This document shows positions 8,609 through 18,122 of a DNA stretch of 33,227 nt, piece by piece (position 1 is the stretch's first letter; every line of letters begins with the position of its first letter). The DNA is from a virus (lineage: Duplodnaviria > Caudoviricetes): IMG/VR virus record IMGVR_UViG_3300042326_001226, positions 1 to 33,227 of that record. One strand, given 5' to 3'. The translations under genes were made by a program, and so were the position numbers. The notes below the pieces were generated by a model. It worked only from the letters and a program-made list of their open reading frames with translations, was not told where the DNA came from and ran no database searches.

Positions 8609-11600
8609 ATGCCCGTTTTTACTATCAACACCAGCAAAGGCACCTTTGAGGTGGAGGCCAACCGGCAACCCACCCAAGAGGAGGCAGAGCAACTGGTGGC
8701 GGGTGAGGGCCAGAGGGAGCAGCAGATGCAGCAGGCCGCTCAGGCGGAGGACACCAACCTCCTCCGCCAAGCGCGGGGCGCCCTGCTGGAAACCGGCGGT
8801 GGCCTTGTGGGTGGTCTTGGCGGGTTCCTCGTTGGCGGACCTGTGGGCGCTGCCGTTGGTGCCGGTGGCGGGTCTGGCATTGGCAACTGGATTGACCAGA
8901 AGCTGCAAGAGCGCGAGACGGGCCGCGAGGTGAAGCCCGGGCAGGTGGCTGGCGCCGTCATTGGCGCGGCCATCCCGGGCGGTGTGGCCACCAAGGCCGT
9001 GATGAAGACGCAGGGCTTCCTGCGTCCTATGCTCATTCGTGCCACCGAGGGCGGCGTTGCGGCTGCGACCTCCACCACGGTGGAGAAGGCCATCGACGAG
9101 GGGCGCCTGCCTGCGTTTCAGGAGGAGGTGCTGCCAGCAGCCGCTATGGGTGCTGCCTTTGGTGGCGTGGCTGGCGGTGTAGAGCGGCGCTATGCCCAAG
9201 CGGGGCGCTTCATCACCAACAACGCTGCGGCACAGGCGGCGCAGATTGGCACTGGCGCTGCCGTCAGCACCTACGTCTACAACCGGGAGAAGGAGCGAGG
9301 CAACGAGAACGCCCTGACGGCTGCGGCTGCGGCTGGCATCGCGGCTTACGGCGCCACCCACGTTCCCAGCCTGCTGTCCAGACTGGACAAGGGTTCGTTA
9401 AATCGGGCCGTATCCCCTGAGCGCGTGGTTGGCAGCGAGATAAAGATGCAGGCTGTCGAACGCATCAACACGGAGAAGGCGTTTCGGGACGATGCCGTTG
9501 AGTTGGCCACTCAGGCCAAGAAGCAGGCGGAGAAGTGGAACAGGGCCAACCCATCTAGTCAGGTGACGGACGCCGACATCCTCAGTGTGATGGAGGGCAG
9601 GGCGACGAGCAGTGTCGTCCCGGCTCCGCTGCGTCCATCGCTCATCCAGTGGCGTAAGCGCAGGGCTGAGTATTCGCAATACATCCTAGACAACATCGAC
9701 AACCTGCCAGAGGACATCCGAGACACCATCGAGAGGAATATGGTTTCGGAGAGCTACCTGCGCCGTAGCTACGCAGCGCACGATCCCGACGCCAAGCGAG
9801 GGGTGGACTTCGACGTTGATGCCGACCGCAAGGCCTACCACAAGGAGCTGTCCCAGCAAATCTACGACGAGTCGGCCAAGCAGGCGCTGGCTTCCAATGG
9901 GGCAACGCTCAGGATGTCCACTCAGGAAGCTGAGGCGGCAGCGTCAGCCACGATGCACCGGATGCTGGGCGATGTCTACTACGCTGCCAGCGGCAAAGTG
10001 GGCGTGAAGACTGGGTCTGGCATTGGCTCCCCGCTGATGCAGCGCCACGAACTGTCCGATGCTGCACGCAGGTGGCTGGGCGAAGTGAAGGACCCGTTTA
10101 TGGTGATGAAGTCCACCCTGAGCGCTCAGTCGCGTCTGGTGGTGCACACCAAGTATGACACCGAAATGGCCAAGTTCATTGTCGATGCTGGAATCGGCAC
10201 TGAGAACCCCCAAGCCTTGGGCGGGTTGGTGAAGCTCACCGCTGGTGATCGCCCGATCATTGGCGAGAAGCTGTCCAAGATTTACGTGCCAGAGCAGTTT
10301 GCCAAGGCACTCGGTGAGGTGATGAGCCCCAACCTGTTTGGCGACGGTCCGGTGATGGCCACCTTTATGAAGGCAGCTACGTTGTCCAAGGCGATGAAGA
10401 CCGTGGGCAACCTGCCGGAAGCGCTGGCTCCGCAGGCGATGGGCAATATGCTGCTCGCCGCCACCTCGGGCAAGGTGAGCCTAGGCAATCTGGCTATGGG
10501 CGTCAGGATGGCGATGCGCGACCTTGGCTGGACCAGCGGCGACCCCAAGAAGAGCGTGGCAATCATCAACGAACTGAAGGAACTGCGCGGCTTGGGCGTG
10601 CTTCGTGGCGGCACGGACAGCGAGGAGTTGCGCACCTTTATGTCGATGGCGGCACGGGAGAAAAACCCCTCCAAGGTGCTGGACAAGTTTAGCAAGATTT
10701 ATGGATTCGCTGACGTTGCTGCCCGCTACGCCATCTACCGGGGCAACCTCACCGAGATGATGCAGATGTACGGCAGCAAGGGGATGAGTTTGGATGATAT
10801 GAAGCGGATGGCCGCTCGTCAGACGATGGACGACTTCGTCACGCAGGAGATGGTCCCCCGGCGCCTGCGTCAGGCGTCCGCCCTCACGTTGGCCAACAAC
10901 TTCGGCGCCTTTGAGTTTGAGGTGGCTCGCACTGCCGTGAAGCAAGTGAGGTATGCCACTAAGCTCTTCCAAGAAGGCAGCAGGACTGGGAACAAGGCGA
11001 TGCAGCTCATTGGCCTCAAGCGGCTCATCTCGATGGGCAGCGTGGCTTCGGGCACGGCTGCTGCCGTCACCCTGTTCAATCGTTCGCAGGGCATCCTTGA
11101 GGACGAGGAGCGGGACTTGGCCAAGGCCGTCCCGGGCTTCGACCGGAACAAGGCTAACGCCTTCTTCTACACCAATCGGGAGAAGGGCGAGTTTGCCTAC
11201 TTCCCGATGAACTACGTGATGCCCTACGCCAATATGACGAACGTCTTGGCGCAGGCCTATCGCGGGGAGAACCCACTGCCTTACGCCAAGAGCATCATCT
11301 TTGGTGACGATCTCGGTCCGCTGGCCACCCCTGCCATCGAGATGATTACCAACAAATACTACGGCAGCAACAGCGACATCAGCGCCACCAACGACAAGGT
11401 GGCCCTGTTTGAGCGGTTTGCCACCCGGGCGTTCCTGCCCCAGTTCTTTGCTGGCACCCTTGCCCGTGCGGAGAAGGCCTCCCGAGATGTCGTCAGCCCG
11501 ATGGGCACGGTGTTCACTGAGAAGGACGTTGCCCGTCGCCTTGCGGGCATCCGCACCACGACCCTGCAATACGACAAGGCGATGGTGCCAGCCTTCAAGG

Positions 11601-12268
11601 ATGCGCTTGTGCCCATCGCGGGTGAGCTTCAGGGCTACCGCCGCATCATCCGCGACCGCATCAACCGCGAGACTGGCGGCTACGACAACGTCAACGAGGC
11701 GCTTCTCTATCAGGAAAGCTCCAGTCGCTACGCCACTGCACAACGCCAGCTTCGCGACCTCTACCTCGCGTCGGTCCGTCGCTCGGGCAAGGATGGCGAC
11801 TCCAAGGCCATTGCGATTATGGAAGAGGCAGGGGTGCCCAGTCGCCTCATTGCCGCCGCTGCCATTGGCTACACCGAGCAGATGCCCCGTGGCATCGAGG
11901 AGAGCGACTCCGAACTCGTTGATCGTCTGAAGGAGAAATACAAAGGCGATCCCAAGCGGATGTCCAAGATGCAGGACGAGATGCTCCAGATGGCTGGCAA
12001 CAATATGGTGAGGCGCAGGGCGCTTGCCGACGCGCTTCGCTCAGGCCTGCGCGAGGACCTTCGGGGCAAGGCACCCATCTCGGACATCTTTGCCAAGTTG
12101 CCCGTTCAGTCTGGTGAGCGTGCGCGGGCCATCGAGCAGGCCACGCAGGCGCTCATTCAGCAGGGTGGCAAGGAGGCTGCGGCCAAGTTTGTGGAGCGCC
12201 TCCAGCGGGATGGGGTGCTCACCCCAGAAGTGCGTTACCAGATGCGTAACGGGTTCACCTCTAAGTGA
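8609..12268 (+). CDS. Large internal virion / ejection protein (1219 aa)
   Basis: Gly/Ala-rich hydrophobic helices near the N-terminus (GGLVGGLGGFLVGGPVGAAVGAG), otherwise alpha-helical. Last gene of the structural operon, like T7 gp16 / P22 gp16. Confidence 0.65.
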   Translation: MPVFTINTSKGTFEVEANRQPTQEEAEQLVAGEGQREQQMQQAAQAEDTNLLRQARGALLETGGGLVGGLGGFLVGGPVGAAVGAGGGSGIGNWIDQKLQERETGREVKPGQVAGAVIGAAIPGGVATKAVMKTQGFLRPMLIRATEGGVAAATSTTVEKAIDEGRLPAFQEEVLPAAAMGAAFGGVAGGVERRYAQAGRFITNNAAAQAAQIGTGAAVSTYVYNREKERGNENALTAAAAAGIAAYGATHVPSLLSRLDKGSLNRAVSPERVVGSEIKMQAVERINTEKAFRDDAVELATQAKKQAEKWNRANPSSQVTDADILSVMEGRATSSVVPAPLRPSLIQWRKRRAEYSQYILDNIDNLPEDIRDTIERNMVSESYLRRSYAAHDPDAKRGVDFDVDADRKAYHKELSQQIYDESAKQALASNGATLRMSTQEAEAAASATMHRMLGDVYYAASGKVGVKTGSGIGSPLMQRHELSDAARRWLGEVKDPFMVMKSTLSAQSRLVVHTKYDTEMAKFIVDAGIGTENPQALGGLVKLTAGDRPIIGEKLSKIYVPEQFAKALGEVMSPNLFGDGPVMATFMKAATLSKAMKTVGNLPEALAPQAMGNMLLAATSGKVSLGNLAMGVRMAMRDLGWTSGDPKKSVAIINELKELRGLGVLRGGTDSEELRTFMSMAAREKNPSKVLDKFSKIYGFADVAARYAIYRGNLTEMMQMYGSKGMSLDDMKRMAARQTMDDFVTQEMVPRRLRQASALTLANNFGAFEFEVARTAVKQVRYATKLFQEGSRTGNKAMQLIGLKRLISMGSVASGTAAAVTLFNRSQGILEDEERDLAKAVPGFDRNKANAFFYTNREKGEFAYFPMNYVMPYANMTNVLAQAYRGENPLPYAKSIIFGDDLGPLATPAIEMITNKYYGSNSDISATNDKVALFERFATRAFLPQFFAGTLARAEKASRDVVSPMGTVFTEKDVARRLAGIRTTTLQYDKAMVPAFKDALVPIAGELQGYRRIIRDRINRETGGYDNVNEALLYQESSSRYATAQRQLRDLYLASVRRSGKDGDSKAIAIMEEAGVPSRLIAAAAIGYTEQMPRGIEESDSELVDRLKEKYKGDPKRMSKMQDEMLQMAGNNMVRRRALADALRSGLREDLRGKAPISDIFAKLPVQSGERARAIEQATQALIQQGGKEAAAKFVERLQRDGVLTPEVRYQMRNGFTSK

Positions 12269-12271
12269 GGC

Positions 12272-12541
12272 TTAGCCGACGAAGCTGCACATCTTGTCCC
12301 ACTCCTCGGGACAATCCCATTCACAGTCGATGAGGAAGGGCCTGCCGCATTCAGGCCCTCCCACCACCTCGCAGCGTAGGTAGTACCCGCCGTCCGTGCG
12401 CGGGGCTTGGCTGGTGACCACGAAGCAGTTCTTTCCGGGATACCACTTGGCGTAGCCACCGTTGCCGTCCGCAGTAAGGACCGTCTCCATCACCCCTGTA
12501 AGGCGGAACAGGGGGCTGCCCTTGTCCTCAGCAGGTCCCAC
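12272..12541 (-). CDS. Hypothetical Cys/Trp-rich protein (alternative start 12490)
   Basis: Last ORF of the - strand operon; tiles with its neighbours. Confidence 0.5.
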   Translation of the reverse strand: MGPAEDKGSPLFRLTGVMETVLTADGNGGYAKWYPGKNCFVVTSQAPRTDGGYYLRCEVVGGPECGRPFLIDCEWDCPEEWDKMCSFVG

Positions 12542-13397
12542 GGACGGATACCTCCAGATGATCGCCGTGACTGTTGTGCACCCGCTTCAGGCATAGGTCG
12601 AACTCAATCCAGCCAAGGGCACAGGCCGACCGGGCAGCGTCCACGTTGTAGCTCACCTCTCCGTCCTCGTAGGCCTTCAGGAAACTGCCCGTGCGGCCCA
12701 GCCAAGGGGTTCTTTCCCGTATGGTGAGGCTTCCCCCTCCCTCCACCAGACGAAGCCTAGGAAACGAAGGAATGCACCCCTTCTTGTGGTCGTGGCCCAT
12801 CAGATAGAGGTCGGCATCCGCAGTTTGCTGCATCTTCTCGATGGTGTTAAACGTAGCGCCCGGGGTGCTCCCGCCCCCTGCCCCGTGGTGGGCGAAGATA
12901 TCGAAGCACCCTCCCCTGCTGCGATCCTTGGACTTGTGAGTTTGGATGCTCAGGCGGATGAATGAGCAGACGCCTAGGAAGCGGGTCTCTAGGTTCTGGC
13001 AGAGGATGGTGTCGCTGCTCATCCCGCTGTTGAAAGAGAAGAAGTGATTTCCGCCCAGCATCCCAATCAGCCGCCCCTTCATAAAAGCCAACTCCCCACT
13101 CATCCGCTCAATCCACTCGCTGTAGAGCTTCTCGATGTTCTTGATCGTGGTGTTATGCAGGCTGCTGCGACTGAGCCCCTCCCGCTCCGAGGTGGACATC
13201 CCATCGAAGTAGTCCCCCATCCCTAGGAAGTAGGCGTCCTTCTGGCCCTTGGCGTAGGCCAGAAACTCCCGCCACTTGGTCCCACAGTGCATATCGCTGT
13301 CACGGTGGACATCCCCAAAGGGGATGATCTTGATCGGCCTGTCGCAGGGCTGATTGATTACTACCTTATGGGTGGTGAACAGGCCGGTGGTCTTCAT
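12528..13397 (-). CDS. Calcineurin-like metallophosphoesterase
   Basis: All five motifs occur in order: GDVH, GMGD, GGNH, HHG, GHDH. Confidence 0.9.
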   Translation of the reverse strand: MKTTGLFTTHKVVINQPCDRPIKIIPFGDVHRDSDMHCGTKWREFLAYAKGQKDAYFLGMGDYFDGMSTSEREGLSRSSLHNTTIKNIEKLYSEWIERMSGELAFMKGRLIGMLGGNHFFSFNSGMSSDTILCQNLETRFLGVCSFIRLSIQTHKSKDRSRGGCFDIFAHHGAGGGSTPGATFNTIEKMQQTADADLYLMGHDHKKGCIPSFPRLRLVEGGGSLTIRERTPWLGRTGSFLKAYEDGEVSYNVDAARSACALGWIEFDLCLKRVHNSHGDHLEVSVRGTC

Positions 13398-13579
13398 AGA
13401 TTCTCAATGAACGTCTTGTTGGGTCCGAACTTGGTCACCCTGTACGGGCGAGCCTTTTGGAACATCCACTCTTCTGCGCTTTGCAGGGCGCTTAGGTGGT
13501 GAACCTTCGGGGGTAGCTTCGGGGAAGGCTTCGGTGATCGGCTCGGCTCCTCCTTCTGGCCGAAGATGTCTAGCTGCAT
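13394..13579 (-). CDS. Hypothetical 61-aa protein overlapping the HNH gene tail
   Basis: AAGGAAG upstream of the ATG, MQLDIF start, and stop overlapping the phosphoesterase start (ATGA). Confidence 0.5.
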   Translation of the reverse strand: MQLDIFGQKEEPSRSPKPSPKLPPKVHHLSALQSAEEWMFQKARPYRVTKFGPNKTFIENL

Positions 13580-13931
13580 TGGTCACTTCCTTGTGGCACG
13601 GCTTGCACAGCACCCTTAGTCCGTCTTTCTCGCAGAACAACCTCTCCACGAACCCCGGCAGGTCTGAGGTGCTTCTCAACTGCCCACACGGGTTTACGTG
13701 GTCCAACTGTGTTTGCTTCTGCTGGAACCACTGGTGACAGATGGCGCATTCGTACTCCCATTTCTGCTGCTTCACTGGCCCGACGTAAGTCCTGCGCCCT
13801 GCGTTTCTGGCTTGGTAGTTTGGAGGCCAACGAACGAAGGCACGCCTTAAAGCGCTTCTTAAGAAGGACCAGTAGCGTGCCTCCGTCCATTGTCTACCTG
13901 CTCGCGTCAGTTCTTGCTTTGGCTTTGGCAT
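13404..13931 (-). CDS. HNH-type (His-Me finger) endonuclease
   Basis: Start MPKPKQ at 13931. CAIC...LDHVNP...LRVLCKPCH zinc/HNH pattern. Confidence 0.8.
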   Translation of the reverse strand: MPKPKQELTRAGRQWTEARYWSFLRSALRRAFVRWPPNYQARNAGRRTYVGPVKQQKWEYECAICHQWFQQKQTQLDHVNPCGQLRSTSDLPGFVERLFCEKDGLRVLCKPCHKEVTNAARHLRPEGGAEPITEAFPEATPEGSPPKRPAKRRRVDVPKGSPVQGDQVRTQQDVH

Positions 13932-14253
13932 TCTTCCTCTCAACGTACCACAGGAGGATGCCGTCACGGTCGTGAGGCATACCCTCGTAACGCTCAAGGC
14001 GGCGCTTAATCATAGACGCCGTAGTGCAGGAGATGTCGAAGCGATGGGACGCCTCCTTCAGGTGGATGCCCTCGTCCAGCGCCTTGCTCACCTGATAGAG
14101 AAGCTCGGGCTTCTCAATCTGGTTGCGGGATGGCTCCTTCTTGGACTTCACGACGACATCAGGAATCTCATCCCACTTCCAGCCCTTCGTATGCTTGGCT
14201 AGGATGTGGCGGATAGAGGTCATCGTCTCCGACACATCATATCCTAGGCTCAT
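13894..14253 (-). CDS. Hypothetical protein with possible HTH
   Basis: ALDEGIHLKEASHRFDISCTTASMIKRR looks like a helix-turn-helix. ATGA coupling to the upstream gene. Confidence 0.55.
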   Translation of the reverse strand: MSLGYDVSETMTSIRHILAKHTKGWKWDEIPDVVVKSKKEPSRNQIEKPELLYQVSKALDEGIHLKEASHRFDISCTTASMIKRRLERYEGMPHDRDGILLWYVERKNAKAKARTDASR

Positions 14254-14552
14254 ACCTCATCCCCTCTCGCGGGGCGCAGCCCCTTCTGAATCCAACTCAG
14301 GCAATGGAGGTAGCCGTGAGCGTCGATGAGGTTGTCGTCCTTCTGGCGGTGGCTGTCCCGGCGCAGCTTGAGGGCCACCATCATACGGGCCACATCCTCG
14401 GCGGTGATGCTTTGGTGCAGCTTTGCGTTGATGAGGCCAGACCACATCATAGCAATGCCCTCAAAGTCTTCGCGGGGATTGCCGTAGGCTTCGTTGCGGT
14501 CGCCAAGGATGAGGTCTAACGAGGCCTCAGAGAAGTTGGGTGAGGTGTTCAT
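14250..14552 (-). CDS. DUF6378-like phage protein
   Basis: GDRNEAYGNPREDFEGIAMMWS...DVARMMVALKLRR...DNLIDAHGY. ATG at 14552 overlaps the helicase stop. Confidence 0.8.
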   Translation of the reverse strand: MNTSPNFSEASLDLILGDRNEAYGNPREDFEGIAMMWSGLINAKLHQSITAEDVARMMVALKLRRDSHRQKDDNLIDAHGYLHCLSWIQKGLRPARGDEV

Positions 14553-15883
14553 ACAGGTGCGTAGGGAAGGAGCTTGGTGATGGGTCGGTCGAACATCATC
14601 CCGCAACGGCCCGTGCCGTCGCTGCGACCCTTGGCTTGGATGGCATCCACGTAGATGAAACGCAGGTCGTTGTCGGTGATGGTTTGCATCGTGCCGTCAG
14701 GCCGATGGTCGGGGGCATTGAGGAAGATTACGCGGTCGGCGTCCTGTTCCAAGTTGCCACTCTCGCGGAGGTCGGACAGGCGGGGCTCACGGTTCTCGCG
14801 CTCCACGCTGCGCCCTAGCTGGGCAAGCAGGATGACGGGGACGGACAGCTCGATGGCTAGGTCCTTCATCGCCATCGTGAAGCGGCCAAGGGCCATATCG
14901 CGGGTTTCCCCGCGCTCCTGCTGCGCGTCATACCGCTGGAGGTAGTCCACGCAGATTGCCTTGGGCTTGCTCACCTGAGCAAAGGCCTTGGCCCGCGTCA
15001 CGATGTGCGACAGGGTGCGGTCTTGGTCATACACCGCCACCTGTAGATTGCGCACCTTGGCCAGCTCCTGCTTGAACGTCTCAAGGTAGGAGTGGGACAA
15101 CCTACCAGAGAGGATGTCCCGATAGGAGATGCCGCACTCGGTCTGAGCAAACAGCGGGGCCATCTGCTTGGTGGGCATCTCGCGGGAGAACAGGAGCACC
15201 TTGCCATCCCGTGCCCAATGCTGGGCAATCTGACGGCAGCAAGAGCTCTTTCCCATCCCGGGACGGGCCGAGATGATGATGAGTTCTCCCGGCTTGCCTA
15301 AGCCGAAGCGACGGTCCCAGTCGGGCCAAGGGAAGCTCATCCCAATGTCCTTGTCCGTGTAGGTGCCAGCCTGCACCCGTTCCACCAATTGGATGGCGGA
15401 GTCGGCAGCATCAGCCAGCGTCTCCTGCTTCTGCCCTTCGTGGTGCTTGGTGATGAGGTTGTTCACCTCCATCACGAAGCCCTCGACGCTGCCGCTATGG
15501 GCGAGCGTCTTCTCGGCCATCCGAGTGCAGGTGGCGTAAAGCTCACGCATCACGTAGTGCTGACGCACAACGTCAATCCAATGGGACAACTGAGCCGTGG
15601 TGCACGCAGCCTGAGTCATCTCCACCAGCCCAGCCAAGCCGCCCACTTCGTGCAGCTTGTTCACCTTCTTCAGCTCCTCCACTAGAGCGTGAAGCTCCAG
15701 CGGCTGGGAGTTCTTGTGCTGCCATTGGATGGCCCGCCAGAGGCGGCGGTGCTGCGGCAGGTGGAAGCACTCCTCCTCAATCTTGCCGTCGATGGCCTTG
15801 GCCAACGAAGCAGGACCATCGAGAAGGATGCAGGAGAGGACGATGCGTTCGCCCTCCTCGGAATGGGGAAGCACTACGCTCAC
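14549..15883 (-). CDS. dnaB: DnaB-like replicative helicase
   Basis: N-domain LPHSEEGERIVL, Walker A SARPGMGKS, VDYLQ, LAQLGR, PRLSDLRESGNLEQDADRV and KGR. GTG start at 15883 overlaps the upstream stop. Confidence 0.95.
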   Translation of the reverse strand: MSVVLPHSEEGERIVLSCILLDGPASLAKAIDGKIEEECFHLPQHRRLWRAIQWQHKNSQPLELHALVEELKKVNKLHEVGGLAGLVEMTQAACTTAQLSHWIDVVRQHYVMRELYATCTRMAEKTLAHSGSVEGFVMEVNNLITKHHEGQKQETLADAADSAIQLVERVQAGTYTDKDIGMSFPWPDWDRRFGLGKPGELIIISARPGMGKSSCCRQIAQHWARDGKVLLFSREMPTKQMAPLFAQTECGISYRDILSGRLSHSYLETFKQELAKVRNLQVAVYDQDRTLSHIVTRAKAFAQVSKPKAICVDYLQRYDAQQERGETRDMALGRFTMAMKDLAIELSVPVILLAQLGRSVERENREPRLSDLRESGNLEQDADRVIFLNAPDHRPDGTMQTITDNDLRFIYVDAIQAKGRSDGTGRCGMMFDRPITKLLPYAPV

Positions 15884-16665
15884 GACGCCACCTCCCTTGG
15901 ATCGTAGCCGCGACGCAGGCGCCACAGGGTGAGGCACGCCTTGAACCACTCCCACGATTCGTGAAGCTGCTTCTGGTCGTAGCGCACTACGTCAATCCGC
16001 CCCGGCTCGGTCTTGCTGACGTAGATGTTGATGCCCACCGTCTCGTCCTCGGGCAGCTCCGTGCAGTTGGTCCGATACTTGGCCATAATGTAGGCCGCAA
16101 TCTGAGCGCAGTGGGACCGCTTGAAGGCAATTGGCTCGTCCTTCTCGGTCTTGCAGGTTTTGAAGTCGAGGATGCCCGGGAGCCCGCCCTCAGAGAAGGC
16201 GTAGTCCGTGGTGCCAGCGTAGCCGAGAAACAGATTGGTGACGGCCACCTCCTGCTCCTCCACCTTGAGGCCACCAATCTTCAGGGTGTCCAGCGACTTG
16301 TTCGTCGCCTCCACGAGTAGCTCCATCCCAATCGGAACTTCGCCCTCCATAGCCTTGTGGAAGGCGGTGCCAAACACCTGCGCCTGCTCCATCTCCTTGT
16401 CGGCCTTCTCGCGAATGATCGCGGAATACTCCGACAGAGTCGCAGCCACGGCCAGCGGGTCACCGCTGCTGTAGCACGCTTCCAATATTTTGTTGGCCTT
16501 CCAGCGGTCCAGTTCAGGAGCCGCTGCCTCGTTGAGAACGCTGCTCACCGAAGGGAGCAGGCGCTCTAAGCGAGCGTCACGCAGCGTGGTGCTACGAATG
16601 ACGCCCGACTTGCTGATGCGGGTGTGGGACGGCTTGCCGTCGCGTGTGTACCAGTGTTCGCTCAT
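15880..16665 (-). CDS. PD-(D/E)XK exonuclease
   Basis: LPSVSSVL, GTAFH, E, YAGTTD, ILDFKT and QIAAY motifs. Confidence 0.9.
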   Translation of the reverse strand: MSEHWYTRDGKPSHTRISKSGVIRSTTLRDARLERLLPSVSSVLNEAAAPELDRWKANKILEACYSSGDPLAVAATLSEYSAIIREKADKEMEQAQVFGTAFHKAMEGEVPIGMELLVEATNKSLDTLKIGGLKVEEQEVAVTNLFLGYAGTTDYAFSEGGLPGILDFKTCKTEKDEPIAFKRSHCAQIAAYIMAKYRTNCTELPEDETVGINIYVSKTEPGRIDVVRYDQKQLHESWEWFKACLTLWRLRRGYDPREVAS

Positions 16666-16682
16666 ATGTCGGAGTCAGCTTG

Positions 16683-16901
16683 CTACCATTTATGGCCAGC
16701 CTGCAAGAGTTTTTTCCTATTATTTTTTATCAAGATTTCCTCTTCAGTGGTGAGGTAGATGCGCTTGAGTTGTAACTCCCTCACCTGCTTTTGGATGCGT
16801 TCGTGGTGTACGTTCAGTTCAAGCTCGATAAGCTTCACTGGAGCCATAGCCATCAGCATCTGGCGGATTGCAGTCGTCTTCTCGTGTCGCGGGTGGCTCA
16901 T
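16683..16901 (-). CDS. Small HTH-like protein (paralog B)
   Basis: Aligns without gaps to 16898-17167; ATGA coupling. Confidence 0.55.
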   Translation of the reverse strand: MSHPRHEKTTAIRQMLMAMAPVKLIELELNVHHERIQKQVRELQLKRIYLTTEEEILIKNNRKKLLQAGHKW

Positions 16902-17167
16902 AGAGGCGGCGTTGGTAGTTTCGCTGCGCGCTGTTGCAGGATGGCCTTGTGCTCATCAGCCTTCACGTAGGCTAGGTAGTAGCCCTTGCGCTGGGCCCGC
17001 CCTGCCACCATCTTCGGGTCGATGTGCAGGTGTTGGGCAATGTGAAAGGCGCGCTGACCATCAGCCACCATTCGGTCGATGGATGCCATCATCTCGGGCG
17101 TGTTCAGCTTGCGGTAGCGTCGTTTCGGCTTGTCGGACATTGGGATTGGTTTGGTTGATGAGCTCAC
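16898..17167 (-). CDS. Small HTH-like protein (paralog A)
   Basis: IDRMVADGQRAFHIAQHLHIDPKMVAG has an HTH pattern. GTGA overlap with the thyX stop (alternative start 17140). Confidence 0.6.
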   Translation of the reverse strand: MSSSTKPIPMSDKPKRRYRKLNTPEMMASIDRMVADGQRAFHIAQHLHIDPKMVAGRAQRKGYYLAYVKADEHKAILQQRAAKLPTPPL

Positions 17168-17901
17168 AGCTTATTTGGCTTTACGTTCACAACTACTGGC
17201 TTCTTATTCACCTGCCGGTAAAAGCTCAGGCTTGGCGGAATACCTCCGCCCTCTCTGAGCTGTTGCGCGTTCCACACATTCGGAAACTGCTGGGCGAAGA
17301 TGCGGGCGATTTGATAGGCGAGGGTCATATGCTCCCGCTGCGTGTGCTCAGAGCACCGCTGGTCGAAGTAATGAATCCAAGACCTGACATTCCCTGTCAC
17401 GTACAAGCGCGTGCGCGTGGCTAGCGGCAAAATCATACGGGCGGTTTCCTTACTGACCCCACAGGAGATCAAGAAGTCGTACGTCCGTTGAGCGTCCCCT
17501 AGTCGCAGCTTCACCTCTGCGTCCAGCGCGGGTCGGTTCATTGGATCACCAGACGCCTGCCGGTTCTTCGTGTCCTGCTTGCGTAGCTCCACGGGCTCAA
17601 ACTCAGAGGCCGTAGCATAGCGCTGGCTGAACTCTTGGAACGTGAACGAGCGATGGCGGAGAAGCTGGGCGGCAATAGCCCGGCTGGTCTCCACCTCAAC
17701 CGTCATACTCGCCGTCTCAAACACGGACCAATGCCCGTGCCTGATGCAGTAGGCGAGGAGACGCGGAGCCGTCTCCGTATTGAGTTGGTTGGATGGATTG
17801 GAAACCCGAGCGCAGTAGGCGATGAGATCGTCTGCGGTAAGGATGCCCTGCTCGATGAGGTCGGCGCAGGGCTGTGTGATGGATACGAGTTTGGCGTTCA
17901 A
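17164..17901 (-). CDS. thyX: FAD-dependent thymidylate synthase ThyX
   Basis: AYCARVS, GHWSVFE, signature RHRSFTFQEFSQRY, ETARMILP and HTQREH. Likely TTG start at 17901 (TTGA overlap, GGAGG upstream). Confidence 0.95.
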   Translation of the reverse strand: MNAKLVSITQPCADLIEQGILTADDLIAYCARVSNPSNQLNTETAPRLLAYCIRHGHWSVFETASMTVEVETSRAIAAQLLRHRSFTFQEFSQRYATASEFEPVELRKQDTKNRQASGDPMNRPALDAEVKLRLGDAQRTYDFLISCGVSKETARMILPLATRTRLYVTGNVRSWIHYFDQRCSEHTQREHMTLAYQIARIFAQQFPNVWNAQQLREGGGIPPSLSFYRQVNKKPVVVNVKPNKL

Positions 17902-18122
17902 GACAGTTTCCTCCACGTTGATCCAAACAAAAGTTTGGCATTCATTCTGCGCCACCACGACACATCTCCGCGCAGCCTGATGGTGATAAGCGCGGGATCT
18001 CCGAAGATCACCCACTCCCACCTCTCAGCAGGCATTTGAACAAGACTCAAGCCTTCGCCTTGCTGAGTAAACGGACCGTGCACAGTAAACATCTGTTCTT
18101 TATCGTGCATTGGATCGTTCAC
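17898..18122 (-). CDS. Hypothetical protein
   Basis: GTG start overlaps the upstream stop, with AGGAGGAG RBS; tiles the operon. Confidence 0.6.
   Translation of the reverse strand: MNDPMHDKEQMFTVHGPFTQQGEGLSLVQMPAERWEWVIFGDPALITIRLRGDVSWWRRMNAKLLFGSTWRKLS

Noticed and set aside
10481-11743. 420-aa - strand ORF
   Set aside because: Antisense shadow of the large internal virion gene.
15880-16665. Cas4 / CRISPR-associated call for the nuclease
   Set aside because: Lacks the four-Cys Fe-S pattern and any cas context; an ordinary phage PD-(D/E)XK exonuclease.
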